From the NCBI GenBank assembly GCA_934122275.1, contig CAKOWI010000001.1:64726-128725 (forward strand): DNA of 64,000 nt, read 5' to 3'. Positions 47,126 to 56,832 of the stretch are shown in pieces. The translations under genes and the position numbers were made by a program. The notes under the pieces are model-generated. The model had not been told where the DNA came from, made no database searches, and saw nothing but the letters and a program-made list of their open reading frames with translations. Position 1 is the stretch's first letter, and every line of letters begins with the position of its first letter. This DNA is from an uncultured Bacilli bacterium (GTDB taxonomy: Bacteria; Bacillota_I; Bacilli_A; RF39; UBA660).

Positions 47126-47292
47126 TACTCTTCACCATTCTTTCTTGTAAAATAATAAGTTATTATAGCCATTGTTATCGCCATAAATGTTTCCATTTCA
47201 ATTTTACCCATTATTGCAAGTGCACAAGTTACACCACAAAACATTAATGATAATATTGATTTTAATTTTAATAAATTTAATAAGTTTTTCAT
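47125..47292 (-). CDS. putative holin (not in the track)
   Basis: 55 aa with two hydrophobic segments (SILSLMFCGVTCALAIMG, TFMAITMAIITYYF) and a charged C-terminus RKNGEE. It has a TAATG overlap with the upstream gene and sits just before the endolysin. Confidence 0.5.
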   Translation of the reverse strand: MKNLLNLLKLKSILSLMFCGVTCALAIMGKIEMETFMAITMAIITYYFTRKNGEE

Positions 47293-47558
47293 TATTTACC
47301 TCCATGTTCTAAATCTTCTATTCTATGATTTATTACTTTTATCTGTTCTTCAACAACTGGCATACGTCTAGCAAAGTTATTATGTTCTCTGACTTCTCTA
47401 GTTAGTTCTGTTATTTTTTCATCAGTAACTGCTTGATTTGTCTTAACTTCTGATTTAATATCACTAACAATCTTTTTATTGGCACTAACATTAGTAAAAA
47501 TAACAGCTATAAGCGATAATCCGCCTGTTATTAAAGATCCTATTAATCCATCACTCAT
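47292..47558 (-). CDS. membrane-anchored coiled-coil lysis-module protein (XhlA/holin-accessory-like)
   Basis: 88 aa with an N-terminal TM (LIGSLITGGLSLIAVIF) and a C-terminal coiled coil. Confidence 0.4.
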   Translation of the reverse strand: MSDGLIGSLITGGLSLIAVIFTNVSANKKIVSDIKSEVKTNQAVTDEKITELTREVREHNNFARRMPVVEEQIKVINHRIEDLEHGGK

Positions 47559-47567
47559 TTTGACCTC

Positions 47568-48029
47568 CTAATAATAAATTCTATAATCATAACGTACTCC
47601 AGCTACAAAATTAAATGAATTTGTGAATGTGATTGAATATGAACTATCGGTCACGCTGCTTACACCATTTGAATTCAACCAATGTAAAGTGGATGTGTTA
47701 GTCCAAAATACAGTTTCATAATTGTGTACAGCATCATAAATTATAATTTCTGGTTCAAGTTGTGTAATTTTTGAACCAGGTTGTCTAGACACAATTATCA
47801 ATTTTGGTGGATGTTCTAAACCTGTTATAGTTAATGTTTTACCAGCAGATGCTACAACACTACCAGTCATATAATCATAACTACCACCTTGCGCAATTAA
47901 AGTACCAGTTATTTTATTACCATATTTATCATAAGCAGTTTCACCACTTGCTAAAGTTTCAGCACTTACCGTGCTATCTGTTAAATCTAGTAATACATCA
48001 TTACCAGACACAAATTTGTTATATGCCAT
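47568..48029 (-). CDS. phage tail-fibre-module protein
   Basis: 153 aa. The N-terminal VLLDLTDSTVSAETLASGETAYDKYGNKITGT motif is common in Firmicute prophage fibre accessory proteins. Confidence 0.4.
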   Translation of the reverse strand: MAYNKFVSGNDVLLDLTDSTVSAETLASGETAYDKYGNKITGTLIAQGGSYDYMTGSVVASAGKTLTITGLEHPPKLIIVSRQPGSKITQLEPEIIIYDAVHNYETVFWTNTSTLHWLNSNGVSSVTDSSYSITFTNSFNFVAGVRYDYRIYY

Positions 48030-48465
48030 TATTTACCTCCTGTGTAGTTTTAAATGTTATTCCATAATCATTAGTTTCAGAATTTGCAAATTTAACCGTA
48101 GTTCCATAATCATTTTCTTCTGTTTCGAATACTGTGGAACCAGTTGATTGCAAAGCAGTACCCGTCACACCCATAATTGTTTTACCAGATACAATATCTT
48201 CACTATTGATATTTGTTATCGTTACTTTTGATAAACCATAATAGCCTTGCCCAGGTTTCATTACAGAGCCTGCATTTGATGCACTTACTGTACGTTCTTC
48301 TAATTTCTTACCAGCTAAAATATTAAGTCCTGACCACGAGGTAACACCATCACCTATTTTTAATAAGTTGTTCGTTGTGTCAAACCCTATTTCTCCGAGT
48401 GCTAAAATAGGGTCATATGTTGCCCAATTAGTAGCAGTATCTTTTCTCAAAATTATTTGATTCAT
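48019..48465 (-). CDS. tail fibre protein with an Mtd/HylP-type N-terminal motif
   Basis: 148 aa with RKDTATNWATYDPILALGEIGFDTTNNLLKIGDGVTSWSGL. Confidence 0.5.
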   Translation of the reverse strand: MNQIILRKDTATNWATYDPILALGEIGFDTTNNLLKIGDGVTSWSGLNILAGKKLEERTVSASNAGSVMKPGQGYYGLSKVTITNINSEDIVSGKTIMGVTGTALQSTGSTVFETEENDYGTTVKFANSETNDYGITFKTTQEVNNGI

Positions 48466-48653
48466 TTTTGCACCTCCATTATTACAAACAAATTATTCCA
48501 TGAAGTAACTCCATCACCTATCTTTAATACTTTATTTGTTACATCATATCCAAACTCACCTATCCTTAAAATAGGATTATACTTTTTCCAATTATCCGAT
48601 GTGTCACTCCTAAACGTTAATCTAAAACTATTTATCATGCCATTTACCTCCAA
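48462..48653 (-). CDS. short paralog carrying only the fibre N-terminal motif
   Basis: 63 aa. FRSDTSDNWKKYNPILRIGEFGYDVTNKVLKIGDGVTSWNNL duplicates the motif of the next gene. Confidence 0.4.
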   Translation of the reverse strand: MEVNGMINSFRLTFRSDTSDNWKKYNPILRIGEFGYDVTNKVLKIGDGVTSWNNLFVIMEVQK

Positions 48654-49473
48654 ATTGTTCGTAAACTCTGATTATTTCCATTTCCATGACGTGACTTATT
48701 ATATTTGAACCTGCTGCATTAGGATGGAACTTGCTTCCAGAATCATTGCCAGCACTATCTAAGCAATAATTTTTTCTATATGTACTAAACTTAAATGATA
48801 ATCCTGCATTTTTAGCCAAATCGAAACATGGAATTGAGAAGTGAGCGCATACTTCTTTCATTGCATTACCATACTCAAAAATTGTTTTGCCATCACCATT
48901 TTTATCATTTGAAAAACTTTCTTGCACTGCATACATTGGAGTAAAAAATAATATAGGTTTATTAGGAAATCTATTCTTTAAATAATAAACTAATCTATAT
49001 AATCCTTTATAGAATGTTGATTGGTTTTTAGGTCTAACAACCGAGTCATATTCTGTCGTAAATGTACCTAAAGCAACACTCCAATTCCAATCGTTAACTC
49101 CACCAAGTACAGTTATCATGTCTATATCATCTGGAATTTGTTGAGCCCTTGTAAAGAAGTCTTTAATATCGTCACCTCTATCAAATGAAATTGTAGAACC
49201 ACCTACCCCAAAGTCACCGTGGTCAGCCATACCATTTGGATATAATAATTTAACTTTTGGGTTTCTTTGTGCTATCCAATATGGATAGTTGTTCGGTCTA
49301 CCTTTTAAATCCGTTATACTGTCACCTAATGCAACCCACTTAATGACCTTCTTTTCTATTGGTCTTTTAGCAGTTAATGATGCACTACCACATTCCAGCT
49401 TACTACCATTTGTGACTATATTGAAATTTGGTGTACCTATAGTCTTGTTTTCAATTATAACCGACATTACCAC
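48628..49473 (-). CDS. SGNH/GDSL hydrolase (tail-associated esterase)
   Basis: 281 aa with block I VALGDSITD, block III GGVNDW and a C-terminal FHPNAAG. Confidence 0.75.
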   Translation of the reverse strand: MVMSVIIENKTIGTPNFNIVTNGSKLECGSASLTAKRPIEKKVIKWVALGDSITDLKGRPNNYPYWIAQRNPKVKLLYPNGMADHGDFGVGGSTISFDRGDDIKDFFTRAQQIPDDIDMITVLGGVNDWNWSVALGTFTTEYDSVVRPKNQSTFYKGLYRLVYYLKNRFPNKPILFFTPMYAVQESFSNDKNGDGKTIFEYGNAMKEVCAHFSIPCFDLAKNAGLSFKFSTYRKNYCLDSAGNDSGSKFHPNAAGSNIISHVMEMEIIRVYEQFGGKWHDK

Positions 49474-50192
49474 TTACCTCCGAAACCTTCTATTGTTTCT
49501 TTGATTGAATCTTCAATTAAATAACTTATTCTTTCGGAACCAACAGAATTTAAATGATAGCCATCGGCATAAAAAGTAGAAGCTCCTGTAGTAGTCAAAT
49601 TAGTGACACTTGATTTTGAGTATAAGTCACAAACTGGTATAGCAAAATTTCCAGCAACTTCTTTAATTGCATCTACAAACTGTTTTAAAGTGTTACCATT
49701 TGAATTAGTACCCGTACCTATTGTTGGTGTTAACACCAAAATTGGAGTTGTTGAATATGCATTTTTTACTGAATATAGTAATCTATATAATCCTTTATAA
49801 AACGTAGGATTAGTTGTAATATCACTATAATCTGTTGTGAACTCTCCAAGTGTTATACTATTATTCCAATCATTAAATCCAGCTAAAATACATATGCAAT
49901 TTGTACTTGATAACGATTGAGATTGAGTATATAAATCATTTGTTAAAGTAGCTGATTCTGTAGCTAAATTAGTTATATCTAAATTAGGATTTCTTGTTTT
50001 TATCCAATAAGGATAGTTATTAGGATATGTATCTAAACAAGTTAGGTAGTCACCTAATAAGGTGATTTTATGCTGCTTTGACTCACTATGAGATATATTA
50101 GTTAAGTCAGCAGTACCACCACTTATAACATCTCCAGCCTTAATAGCATCACTACCATTTGTGGCTATTATTTTATTACCTATAATTATCAT
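49467..50192 (-). CDS. SGNH-like paralog with the nucleophile Ser replaced (GDY)
   Basis: 241 aa, collinear with the upstream paralog (NNYPYWI, FYKGLYRL.Y..KN shared). Block I reads LLGDYLT, and block V DGYHLN (DxxH) is retained. Confidence 0.65.
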   Translation of the reverse strand: MIIIGNKIIATNGSDAIKAGDVISGGTADLTNISHSESKQHKITLLGDYLTCLDTYPNNYPYWIKTRNPNLDITNLATESATLTNDLYTQSQSLSSTNCICILAGFNDWNNSITLGEFTTDYSDITTNPTFYKGLYRLLYSVKNAYSTTPILVLTPTIGTGTNSNGNTLKQFVDAIKEVAGNFAIPVCDLYSKSSVTNLTTTGASTFYADGYHLNSVGSERISYLIEDSIKETIEGFGGKW

Positions 50193-51022
50193 TAAATCAC
50201 ATCCTTTTTGTACACTAGTTTCGAACCTACATAAATTTCTTTTACTGGTTTTTTGCCTACGTAAGCATTAGTTGGAATTGTTGAATTGCCAATTTTTATT
50301 TGAGTATTTTTGGTAAATTTAGCAGTGTATGATAAATTCGTTGTTATTGAACTTGCTGATACTGTGTATGTATTCACTGTTGAAACTGTTGTGCCAGAAC
50401 TATTTATCCACTTGCTAAATGTATAGCCATCTCTTGCTGTTGCCATTAAAATCACATCATTAGGGTTCTCTGGGTCAACAAGTCCATCATTTGGACTTAC
50501 TGAAACTTGTCCAGCCCTACTGTCACAACTTGCTGATACTACAAAATTTGAAGTTTCAGTATAATTAACAACAAAATAGCAATGGTCTAAAAATGCATAT
50601 CTAAAGCCAGCATCAATATATATCCCAATATCTTTGTTTAACTGCCTAGTTTGAGCATCATAATATGATATTGGAATAGAAACCTTATATTCTTTAGTAT
50701 CATAAACTGTTACAGCTGAATGTGATTCTAAATTACCACCTGATTGATTAGAAGTATTTTTGTCATACATTCTTACATAAAAAGTACCAGATAACATAGC
50801 TATCCAAGCATTATAGTATAAATCTATACTCGATATTATCCAGTTCTTACGGATGTTATCTGATAACAATTCTTGATTAATCTTAAGTATTCCAGCTCCC
50901 CAATGAGATGCGGCTCTTCTGTCAGTTGGAATTGTATCCCAACCAGATAATGCTTTAGCCCCAGAATTAGTTAAATAATTGTCCTTTGTTATGTGAGATG
51001 CTGGTATAATTGCAGTTGCCAT
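50192..51022 (-). CDS. tail fibre/baseplate-associated protein with a Listeria-Bacteroides-type repeat
   Basis: 276 aa. The C-terminal ARDGYTFSKWINSSGTTVSTVNTYTV resembles the GYtFsGW repeat. Confidence 0.45.
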   Translation of the reverse strand: MATAIIPASHITKDNYLTNSGAKALSGWDTIPTDRRAASHWGAGILKINQELLSDNIRKNWIISSIDLYYNAWIAMLSGTFYVRMYDKNTSNQSGGNLESHSAVTVYDTKEYKVSIPISYYDAQTRQLNKDIGIYIDAGFRYAFLDHCYFVVNYTETSNFVVSASCDSRAGQVSVSPNDGLVDPENPNDVILMATARDGYTFSKWINSSGTTVSTVNTYTVSASSITTNLSYTAKFTKNTQIKIGNSTIPTNAYVGKKPVKEIYVGSKLVYKKDVI

Positions 51023-51030
51023 AATGCCTC

Positions 51031-52008
51031 CTACACGATAAATGTGATTATATTATCGTTATCCTCTAAAGAATCTGTTGAGTCTTTAACTTGAATAATA
51101 TAGTCTCCAAATTGATTTACATCTTTTTCATCAGTCACATTGTAGATTGTATTTGTATCTTTTTCTGTAATGGCATCATATTGTGCTTTAGTGCCTACCC
51201 AAACCTTTCTCGATGTTAAATTTTGGTCTTTTATTGCAACAGTTTGTAATTTGTTATTATCATCTTTTGTTATAGTAGCATTATCAACTTCAGCACTTGA
51301 ACCACCTTGTATTTCGATATTGCCCTCTCCCTCAAGTGACTGGTTATTTATTGTCTTGATCTTTTGAATAGACGAATCAGCCTTATCTAAACTTGACTGT
51401 ACGGAACTTTCTAAATCAGATTTAGGAATACCATCAGTTGGCTTACTATAAGTGCCAGTATTAGACGTATATCCGTCTGGATTTGAGCTGTTATATGGTG
51501 TATAACCTAATGCGTCTGTCACATCCTCTTTTGATATTGATTGTAAAGCGGTTGCTCCTTTGCTTGCTCCAGCTCGAATTGCTTCTAAATCGTTTATAGA
51601 ATTTTGCTTTGATGAATCATGATAAGTATTATCTATAAAGTTCTTATCATTTTCTAATTCACTCAACTTTGCTGGAATGTCAGACGGATTTGCTTTCTTG
51701 TTTATTAGTTCTTTTAAAGCTGTATCATCATAGTTATTTAATTCACCGAGTTTTTTCTTATCTTCATCAGTATAATTATTATCCGTATGTACATAATTAG
51801 TATCCTTAACGAAATCTTGAGTTATTCCCAAATCAGATAAAGACTTATTGCCACTTAATTCAACATCATTTATCTTAGGTTTATTATCTAAATCATTATA
51901 ATCGTTCGATGATCCGCCACCCGTATTTATAATTTTAACATCATGCCCTAAATCACCAATTTCAACCTCATTGTAAAACTCTAAATTACCAATATTAATT
52001 TCCGTCAT
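51031..52008 (-). CDS. tail fibre protein
   Basis: 325 aa. NDYNDLDNKPKINDVELSGNKSL and HTDNNYTDEDKKKL motifs are typical of Firmicute phage fibres/BppU-like proteins. Confidence 0.6.
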   Translation of the reverse strand: MTEINIGNLEFYNEVEIGDLGHDVKIINTGGGSSNDYNDLDNKPKINDVELSGNKSLSDLGITQDFVKDTNYVHTDNNYTDEDKKKLGELNNYDDTALKELINKKANPSDIPAKLSELENDKNFIDNTYHDSSKQNSINDLEAIRAGASKGATALQSISKEDVTDALGYTPYNSSNPDGYTSNTGTYSKPTDGIPKSDLESSVQSSLDKADSSIQKIKTINNQSLEGEGNIEIQGGSSAEVDNATITKDDNNKLQTVAIKDQNLTSRKVWVGTKAQYDAITEKDTNTIYNVTDEKDVNQFGDYIIQVKDSTDSLEDNDNIITFIV

Positions 52009-52327
52009 AAATAGTATCCTCGTCGGTTATTTCAAATTGTGATTTTAGAGTTTTTACAGTTCCGTCTTTTAGTGTGCATTCAATATCAAAATTATAAATT
52101 CCATAGTCAAGTTCTCTAGTGTCTTCTGGTTTAAATTCACTATGCCAATAATCTTCTTTAAATGTAAAATCTTCTTTGTTTTTATTAAAAAGAATTGTTG
52201 ATGATTTTAAGTTATACTTCCGACATGTTAATATTAGTGTTTTAATATTCTCACTTAAAATGCTTTTTCCGTCTTTATCAGTTATTTTAAATTTAAATGG
52301 TTGCGTATCTCCTCTTATAAATTCCAT
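51995..52327 (-). CDS. phage hypothetical protein
   Basis: 110-aa ORF in the tail module, with overlapping start and stop to its neighbours. Confidence 0.45.
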   Translation of the reverse strand: MEFIRGDTQPFKFKITDKDGKSILSENIKTLILTCRKYNLKSSTILFNKNKEDFTFKEDYWHSEFKPEDTRELDYGIYNFDIECTLKDGTVKTLKSQFEITDEDTIYDGN

Positions 52328-52328
52328 A

Positions 52329-52541
52329 TTATTCCTCCTCAGTTTCAGTGTGTTCTCGTATTACTTGACGAGCTTCTTCTCTTTTGTTTAAGGTTTCAGT
52401 ATAGTCATTATCTAATTCCTTACCTAAAAATTGATATTCAATTATCTTGTTAGCAATATAATCAGTATCTATCAAATATTGCTTTGATTTATATAGTTCA
52501 TTTTCTTTTTCATCAAAACTTTCCTCTATCATTATTTCCAC
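52329..52541 (-). CDS. phage hypothetical protein (acidic)
   Basis: 70-aa ORF in the tail module. Confidence 0.4.
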   Translation of the reverse strand: MEIMIEESFDEKENELYKSKQYLIDTDYIANKIIEYQFLGKELDNDYTETLNKREEARQVIREHTETEEE

Positions 52542-54319
52542 CTTCCTATCGCAATATATGACACACCAAAATTTCGAGTTGCTTCAGTTCCTCTGCCAAT
52601 TTGTATTCCACCAGGGCTTTTCTTTGAGACAAGATTAACTTGATCATTCATCAAAAAACCCGTCCAGTCGCCTGCGGTAATTGCATAAGAAATCTTGGGT
52701 GTTTCAATAAATTGTTCAATAAAATCATCAAAAACAAAACTGTTGGTCCCCGATGTGTACAAATAACCCCAAGTGTTCGTAACTGAAACACTTGCATTTT
52801 TATATCCAGTTTGTATCATGGTGCCATCGTAAAATTTAAGACAAGTATTATCTCCAACAACTTTATTTTCTATAACTTGATTGCCATTTACTTGTAACAA
52901 TCCTCCAACGTCTTCATCATATTTACCCATTATTCCAACACCATTTTTATGAAGTGCAATATTTGGAATACCACCTCCAAAAGTGTCTGTAAATGTTACT
53001 TCTGAAAGCTCATCCTTGATTAACACTTCTATTTCATAAGAATTACCAATATTGAATCCTAATGTTTCTGTATCGCCTTTAATAAGACCGTCATATGAGT
53101 AATTGCCTTCACTTACTGTTAAAGTTAAGTCATTATAATCTGACCATTCATTAGTACCTTTAACTCTATATCTATACTTTGAATATTTAATTGAATTGAT
53201 AACAGTACCAAAATTGATTTTATTAAATGTTCCATCTATTTTGAGTGTTACATCTTTTGATACACCATTTGTTCTTGCTACAGATATATTTCCTTTAGCA
53301 ATGACACTATACGGAATAAAGTTTGTAGCTTGTTTACTTACTAATTTAGAATTATTACGACTATCAATTGCATAAACATTTATTGTAGATGAATCAGCAT
53401 TATTAACAGTTCCATTAACGTCACTATCTGAACTATATGTAATGTCGACTGGATTAGCTGCTCCAATAGAAGCTCTATATTTACTTAAAGTAGCTTCTTT
53501 ATTAGCTGTTGCTTTCATGCTTGATGGTATTGTTACTTTTACATTAGAATAACCTTTTACTATCGAAGTATTGCTACCTGTTAATGCTACTGTCTTTTCA
53601 TTAACATCAGCAAAGTTAAAATTATTAAATGTAGGTTCACCATTAACGATTGTCATCGTTTTAGTAACTGATGAATAATAATAAGTGCCACCTATTGTCG
53701 TTCTCAAATAAAATTTAACTTGCATAGAATTACCAGTACAAGCTTGTCTTAATTTAACTCTTTCATCATCTGTCAGATTAAATGTATAACTTGTACCAGT
53801 TTTAGGTACATCTCTATAACCAGCATAAGCTACACTACCATTTGTATCGTGTATGCTTAGTACCAATTGACTAACGGCATCACCCGCAGGATTTGAATAA
53901 TTTACTGTAGGATTACTTTCATCATTAAAGTCGGAAGCTGATGTAATATTTGCTTGTCTTGGTATATCTGGAGCCCATAAATTACCAGATGTACTACCAC
54001 TCATGTGATAACTACTAGCACTTATTGATACTGACCTACCAGGCCAACTACCGTCATTGTTATGGTAAACTGTTATATCTTTTTCACCTAAAAGTGTATA
54101 TCCAGGATAATATCTATAAGAACCTGTTTTTACCGTAGTACCATCTATGCTAAAACTTGACGAACTAGAGCCAACTGATGTACTTCCACCATAATAGAAA
54201 TAAGCTCTTAATTTAAATGTACTATAATTGCCATCCGTACTTTGTCCTGTACGTTCATAAGTTCCTACAAATGCAGTTGAATAACTACCACTTATTCGTG
54301 CAAATTCTGTTCCATTCAT
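52532..54319 (-). CDS. putative receptor-binding / baseplate structural protein
   Basis: 595 aa, Ser/Thr/Gly/Asn-rich with beta-rich composition, lying downstream of the Tal-like gene. Confidence 0.5.
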   Translation of the reverse strand: MNGTEFARISGSYSTAFVGTYERTGQSTDGNYSTFKLRAYFYYGGSTSVGSSSSSFSIDGTTVKTGSYRYYPGYTLLGEKDITVYHNNDGSWPGRSVSISASSYHMSGSTSGNLWAPDIPRQANITSASDFNDESNPTVNYSNPAGDAVSQLVLSIHDTNGSVAYAGYRDVPKTGTSYTFNLTDDERVKLRQACTGNSMQVKFYLRTTIGGTYYYSSVTKTMTIVNGEPTFNNFNFADVNEKTVALTGSNTSIVKGYSNVKVTIPSSMKATANKEATLSKYRASIGAANPVDITYSSDSDVNGTVNNADSSTINVYAIDSRNNSKLVSKQATNFIPYSVIAKGNISVARTNGVSKDVTLKIDGTFNKINFGTVINSIKYSKYRYRVKGTNEWSDYNDLTLTVSEGNYSYDGLIKGDTETLGFNIGNSYEIEVLIKDELSEVTFTDTFGGGIPNIALHKNGVGIMGKYDEDVGGLLQVNGNQVIENKVVGDNTCLKFYDGTMIQTGYKNASVSVTNTWGYLYTSGTNSFVFDDFIEQFIETPKISYAITAGDWTGFLMNDQVNLVSKKSPGGIQIGRGTEATRNFGVSYIAIGRWK

Positions 54320-54329
54320 TTATACCACC

Positions 54330-56324
54330 TCACATTCTCGTAAACCATGTTTGGTCTCCGACTTCTGAAATTAAGGTGCTACACATTTGAGCTTTATTCT
54401 TTACTATTAATTCATTCGTACTTAATCCCTTATCAGTAAAGTAAGCTATTGTTTCTTTTTGTAAAGTTAAAATTTTTATTCCATTTGCGTTAGCTTTGAA
54501 TATAGTTTCCATATTTGTAGAAGTGATTGTTATACCTTTTGAAATATTAACTGTTTCAGTTGTGGTCTCATTTGCATTTTGAGAATATGCTAATTTGACA
54601 GCTCCTTTATTTGCCATTAGGTCATATACTTCTACTCCACCATTAGCATTACATTTAAATTCAATTTTAAGATGTCCTGTTGTCACTACAATTGGTTCTA
54701 CTATATATTCATTAGTTTCACTATCTTTTTCACTAGTATAAAATTGTTTATAATCTGTACTATCTAGTTGATATTCTTTATCATTTATAACAACACTTGC
54801 TACAGCTTGACTAATTAGTTTCTTATACCAAAAGCTTATTGAATAATTGCCATTTGGTACTTCTTGTTCTTGTGATAGAGTACTGTTTAATAGCAATATC
54901 GAATTACTATTAGAAGCTTCATCATTTGATTTTCTTAAAGCTTTTCCACCCCAGAATTCATATGGATTAGTTTCTTTATCTTCTCCATCATTTTCAAACC
55001 ATAATCCAGTATTTCTAAATATATTATTACCTCCTGCTTCACTAAAGGCATTTGTTATACCTGATTCAGCAGTTTGGAGCAATTCATCCATACTGGTTTT
55101 GTTATAATAGTTGTTAGTAATATCACTTTGTATATTTTCTTGTTTAATCGTTATTGAACGTATTTCCCCTTTTTGTTTATTAACTTCAATTTGAGTATTT
55201 CTTAAAGCTTCTCCTAAAGAAATATCTTGTTTTGTCTTTATCTCCTGTTCAGTTGGAGCTGGGCTTTCAATAACGCTTGTAAAAGTTCCGTCAAATGTAA
55301 AATTATGTTTTAATACATAAGTATCAAAATATTCTGTTTCACTAATATAAACCCTGATATATTTTCCGAGTTTTAAAAACGGTTTTCCATAATACGTTGT
55401 CAATTTGCAGTCAACGTATTTCATCCCTTTAACTTTATTCCATATTGCATTTATTGCTTGTTGTCTTAATTCCGCATTATACAAAATATAATCCTCACTA
55501 ATTGTTATAGAATGTTCACCATTAGTTGCTATACTTTCGTCATCTTTAATTGTTACATTTTCATCATCTACTTGACTATTTTTTATAATCAAACAATTGA
55601 TAGGCCCACATACAATCTTCCCACCTTCGACGCTACTATAATCATTTAAGTTAAAAACGTAATCTGGTTCGTCGTTATCGCTTAACCAACATAAATCAAT
55701 TTTATTAGTATCATTATCAATATCAATGAAAGAACAAGATATTTTAGCAACAGTTTGTAATACAGTTCTATTCTTCTCACCATTTGTAAATGGATTGTCA
55801 GTAATTGGAATTGTACTATTTGTAAATGTTGTTGTTACTGGCGTTAAACCAAGCTGTTCACATACATCTGCATAAAGGTCTGATAAAGTCTTATTGTCGA
55901 TAGAATAATCAATATTACACACATATTTTTTATCTAAGTTAGTATAAAGGTCGTCATATGCCGTAATTTGACTCATATTTGCCGTTATTTCGTTATTTGG
56001 ACGTTCTACAGTATATTTACCCATATTTATGTATTCGTTGCTTAAATCGGCGTATTTTACCCCTATTTGGGCTTGTATGCTTTTATCAGTTAAGTTGTTT
56101 TGGTCATCTATGAAATTAGCTTTCAAACATTTGGCATATACAGAACCAATAATATTGCCATCTACATAACAACCACTATCTATTTCAAAGCTTTGTAAAT
56201 TGTTAGAATTAGTAATTGGTGTTTCTATTCCATCTACAATTATTTTTCCTAAACGGTTAGCATTTGCTCTATTTTTACATTCATTTATAAAATCTGTACT
56301 TGCCATAATCCACCTACAATTCAA
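54330..56324 (-). CDS. tail-associated (Tal-like) minor structural protein
   Basis: 664 aa in the canonical position after the distal tail protein. The N-terminal region resembles the phage minor structural / prophage tail endopeptidase family. Confidence 0.6.
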   Translation of the reverse strand: MNCRWIMASTDFINECKNRANANRLGKIIVDGIETPITNSNNLQSFEIDSGCYVDGNIIGSVYAKCLKANFIDDQNNLTDKSIQAQIGVKYADLSNEYINMGKYTVERPNNEITANMSQITAYDDLYTNLDKKYVCNIDYSIDNKTLSDLYADVCEQLGLTPVTTTFTNSTIPITDNPFTNGEKNRTVLQTVAKISCSFIDIDNDTNKIDLCWLSDNDEPDYVFNLNDYSSVEGGKIVCGPINCLIIKNSQVDDENVTIKDDESIATNGEHSITISEDYILYNAELRQQAINAIWNKVKGMKYVDCKLTTYYGKPFLKLGKYIRVYISETEYFDTYVLKHNFTFDGTFTSVIESPAPTEQEIKTKQDISLGEALRNTQIEVNKQKGEIRSITIKQENIQSDITNNYYNKTSMDELLQTAESGITNAFSEAGGNNIFRNTGLWFENDGEDKETNPYEFWGGKALRKSNDEASNSNSILLLNSTLSQEQEVPNGNYSISFWYKKLISQAVASVVINDKEYQLDSTDYKQFYTSEKDSETNEYIVEPIVVTTGHLKIEFKCNANGGVEVYDLMANKGAVKLAYSQNANETTTETVNISKGITITSTNMETIFKANANGIKILTLQKETIAYFTDKGLSTNELIVKNKAQMCSTLISEVGDQTWFTRM

Positions 56325-56757
56325 TTACCGCTTGTGAGGCAGGATTATATAGTTCTACAAGTCCATCTGGTGTTTGATAAGGTAGCATTGCTTGGGCTGT
56401 TCTATCACCACGATAACAATTTATATGTTTCCACTTTTTTGTGAATGGGTTTAGGAAATCAACACCTAACGTTGGTGCTTTTATAATCTCAGAGTAAAAA
56501 TCAACTACTTCATCTTCTGTAAGTGGTCTTGTAACTAAATCAAGTCGCCATTTAGTATTAATGACATTGAGAACCATTGTTCCATCAGCATTAGTTGTAT
56601 CACGTCCACTATTTTTTGAAACATCATACCAAGCAACTTTTGACTGATTTGACAAATATTTAGATATATCTACTCCATTTAATTTGACTTTAGATATAAC
56701 AAGCACAGGGCTTGATAATACATATCTATATCCATTATTGGTAAATTCTTTTATCAT
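56314..56757 (-). CDS. distal tail (Dit-like) protein, short form
   Basis: 147 aa in the canonical position between the tape measure and Tal genes. Confidence 0.45.
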   Translation of the reverse strand: MIKEFTNNGYRYVLSSPVLVISKVKLNGVDISKYLSNQSKVAWYDVSKNSGRDTTNADGTMVLNVINTKWRLDLVTRPLTEDEVVDFYSEIIKAPTLGVDFLNPFTKKWKHINCYRGDRTAQAMLPYQTPDGLVELYNPASQAVIEL

Positions 56758-56832
56758 TTATTTCACCATCTTTCAATTTTCCCTTTGAAAGAAAGTGCTA
56801 CACATGTTATAATTCTGGTATAGGAGGGCTTT

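Noticed and set aside
48019-54319. Diversity-generating retroelement targeting the fibre genes (suggested by the Mtd-like N-terminal motif)
   Set aside because: There is no RT in the visible prophage part. I could find no template/variable repeat pair with adenine-specific differences. The motif is a common fibre anchor.
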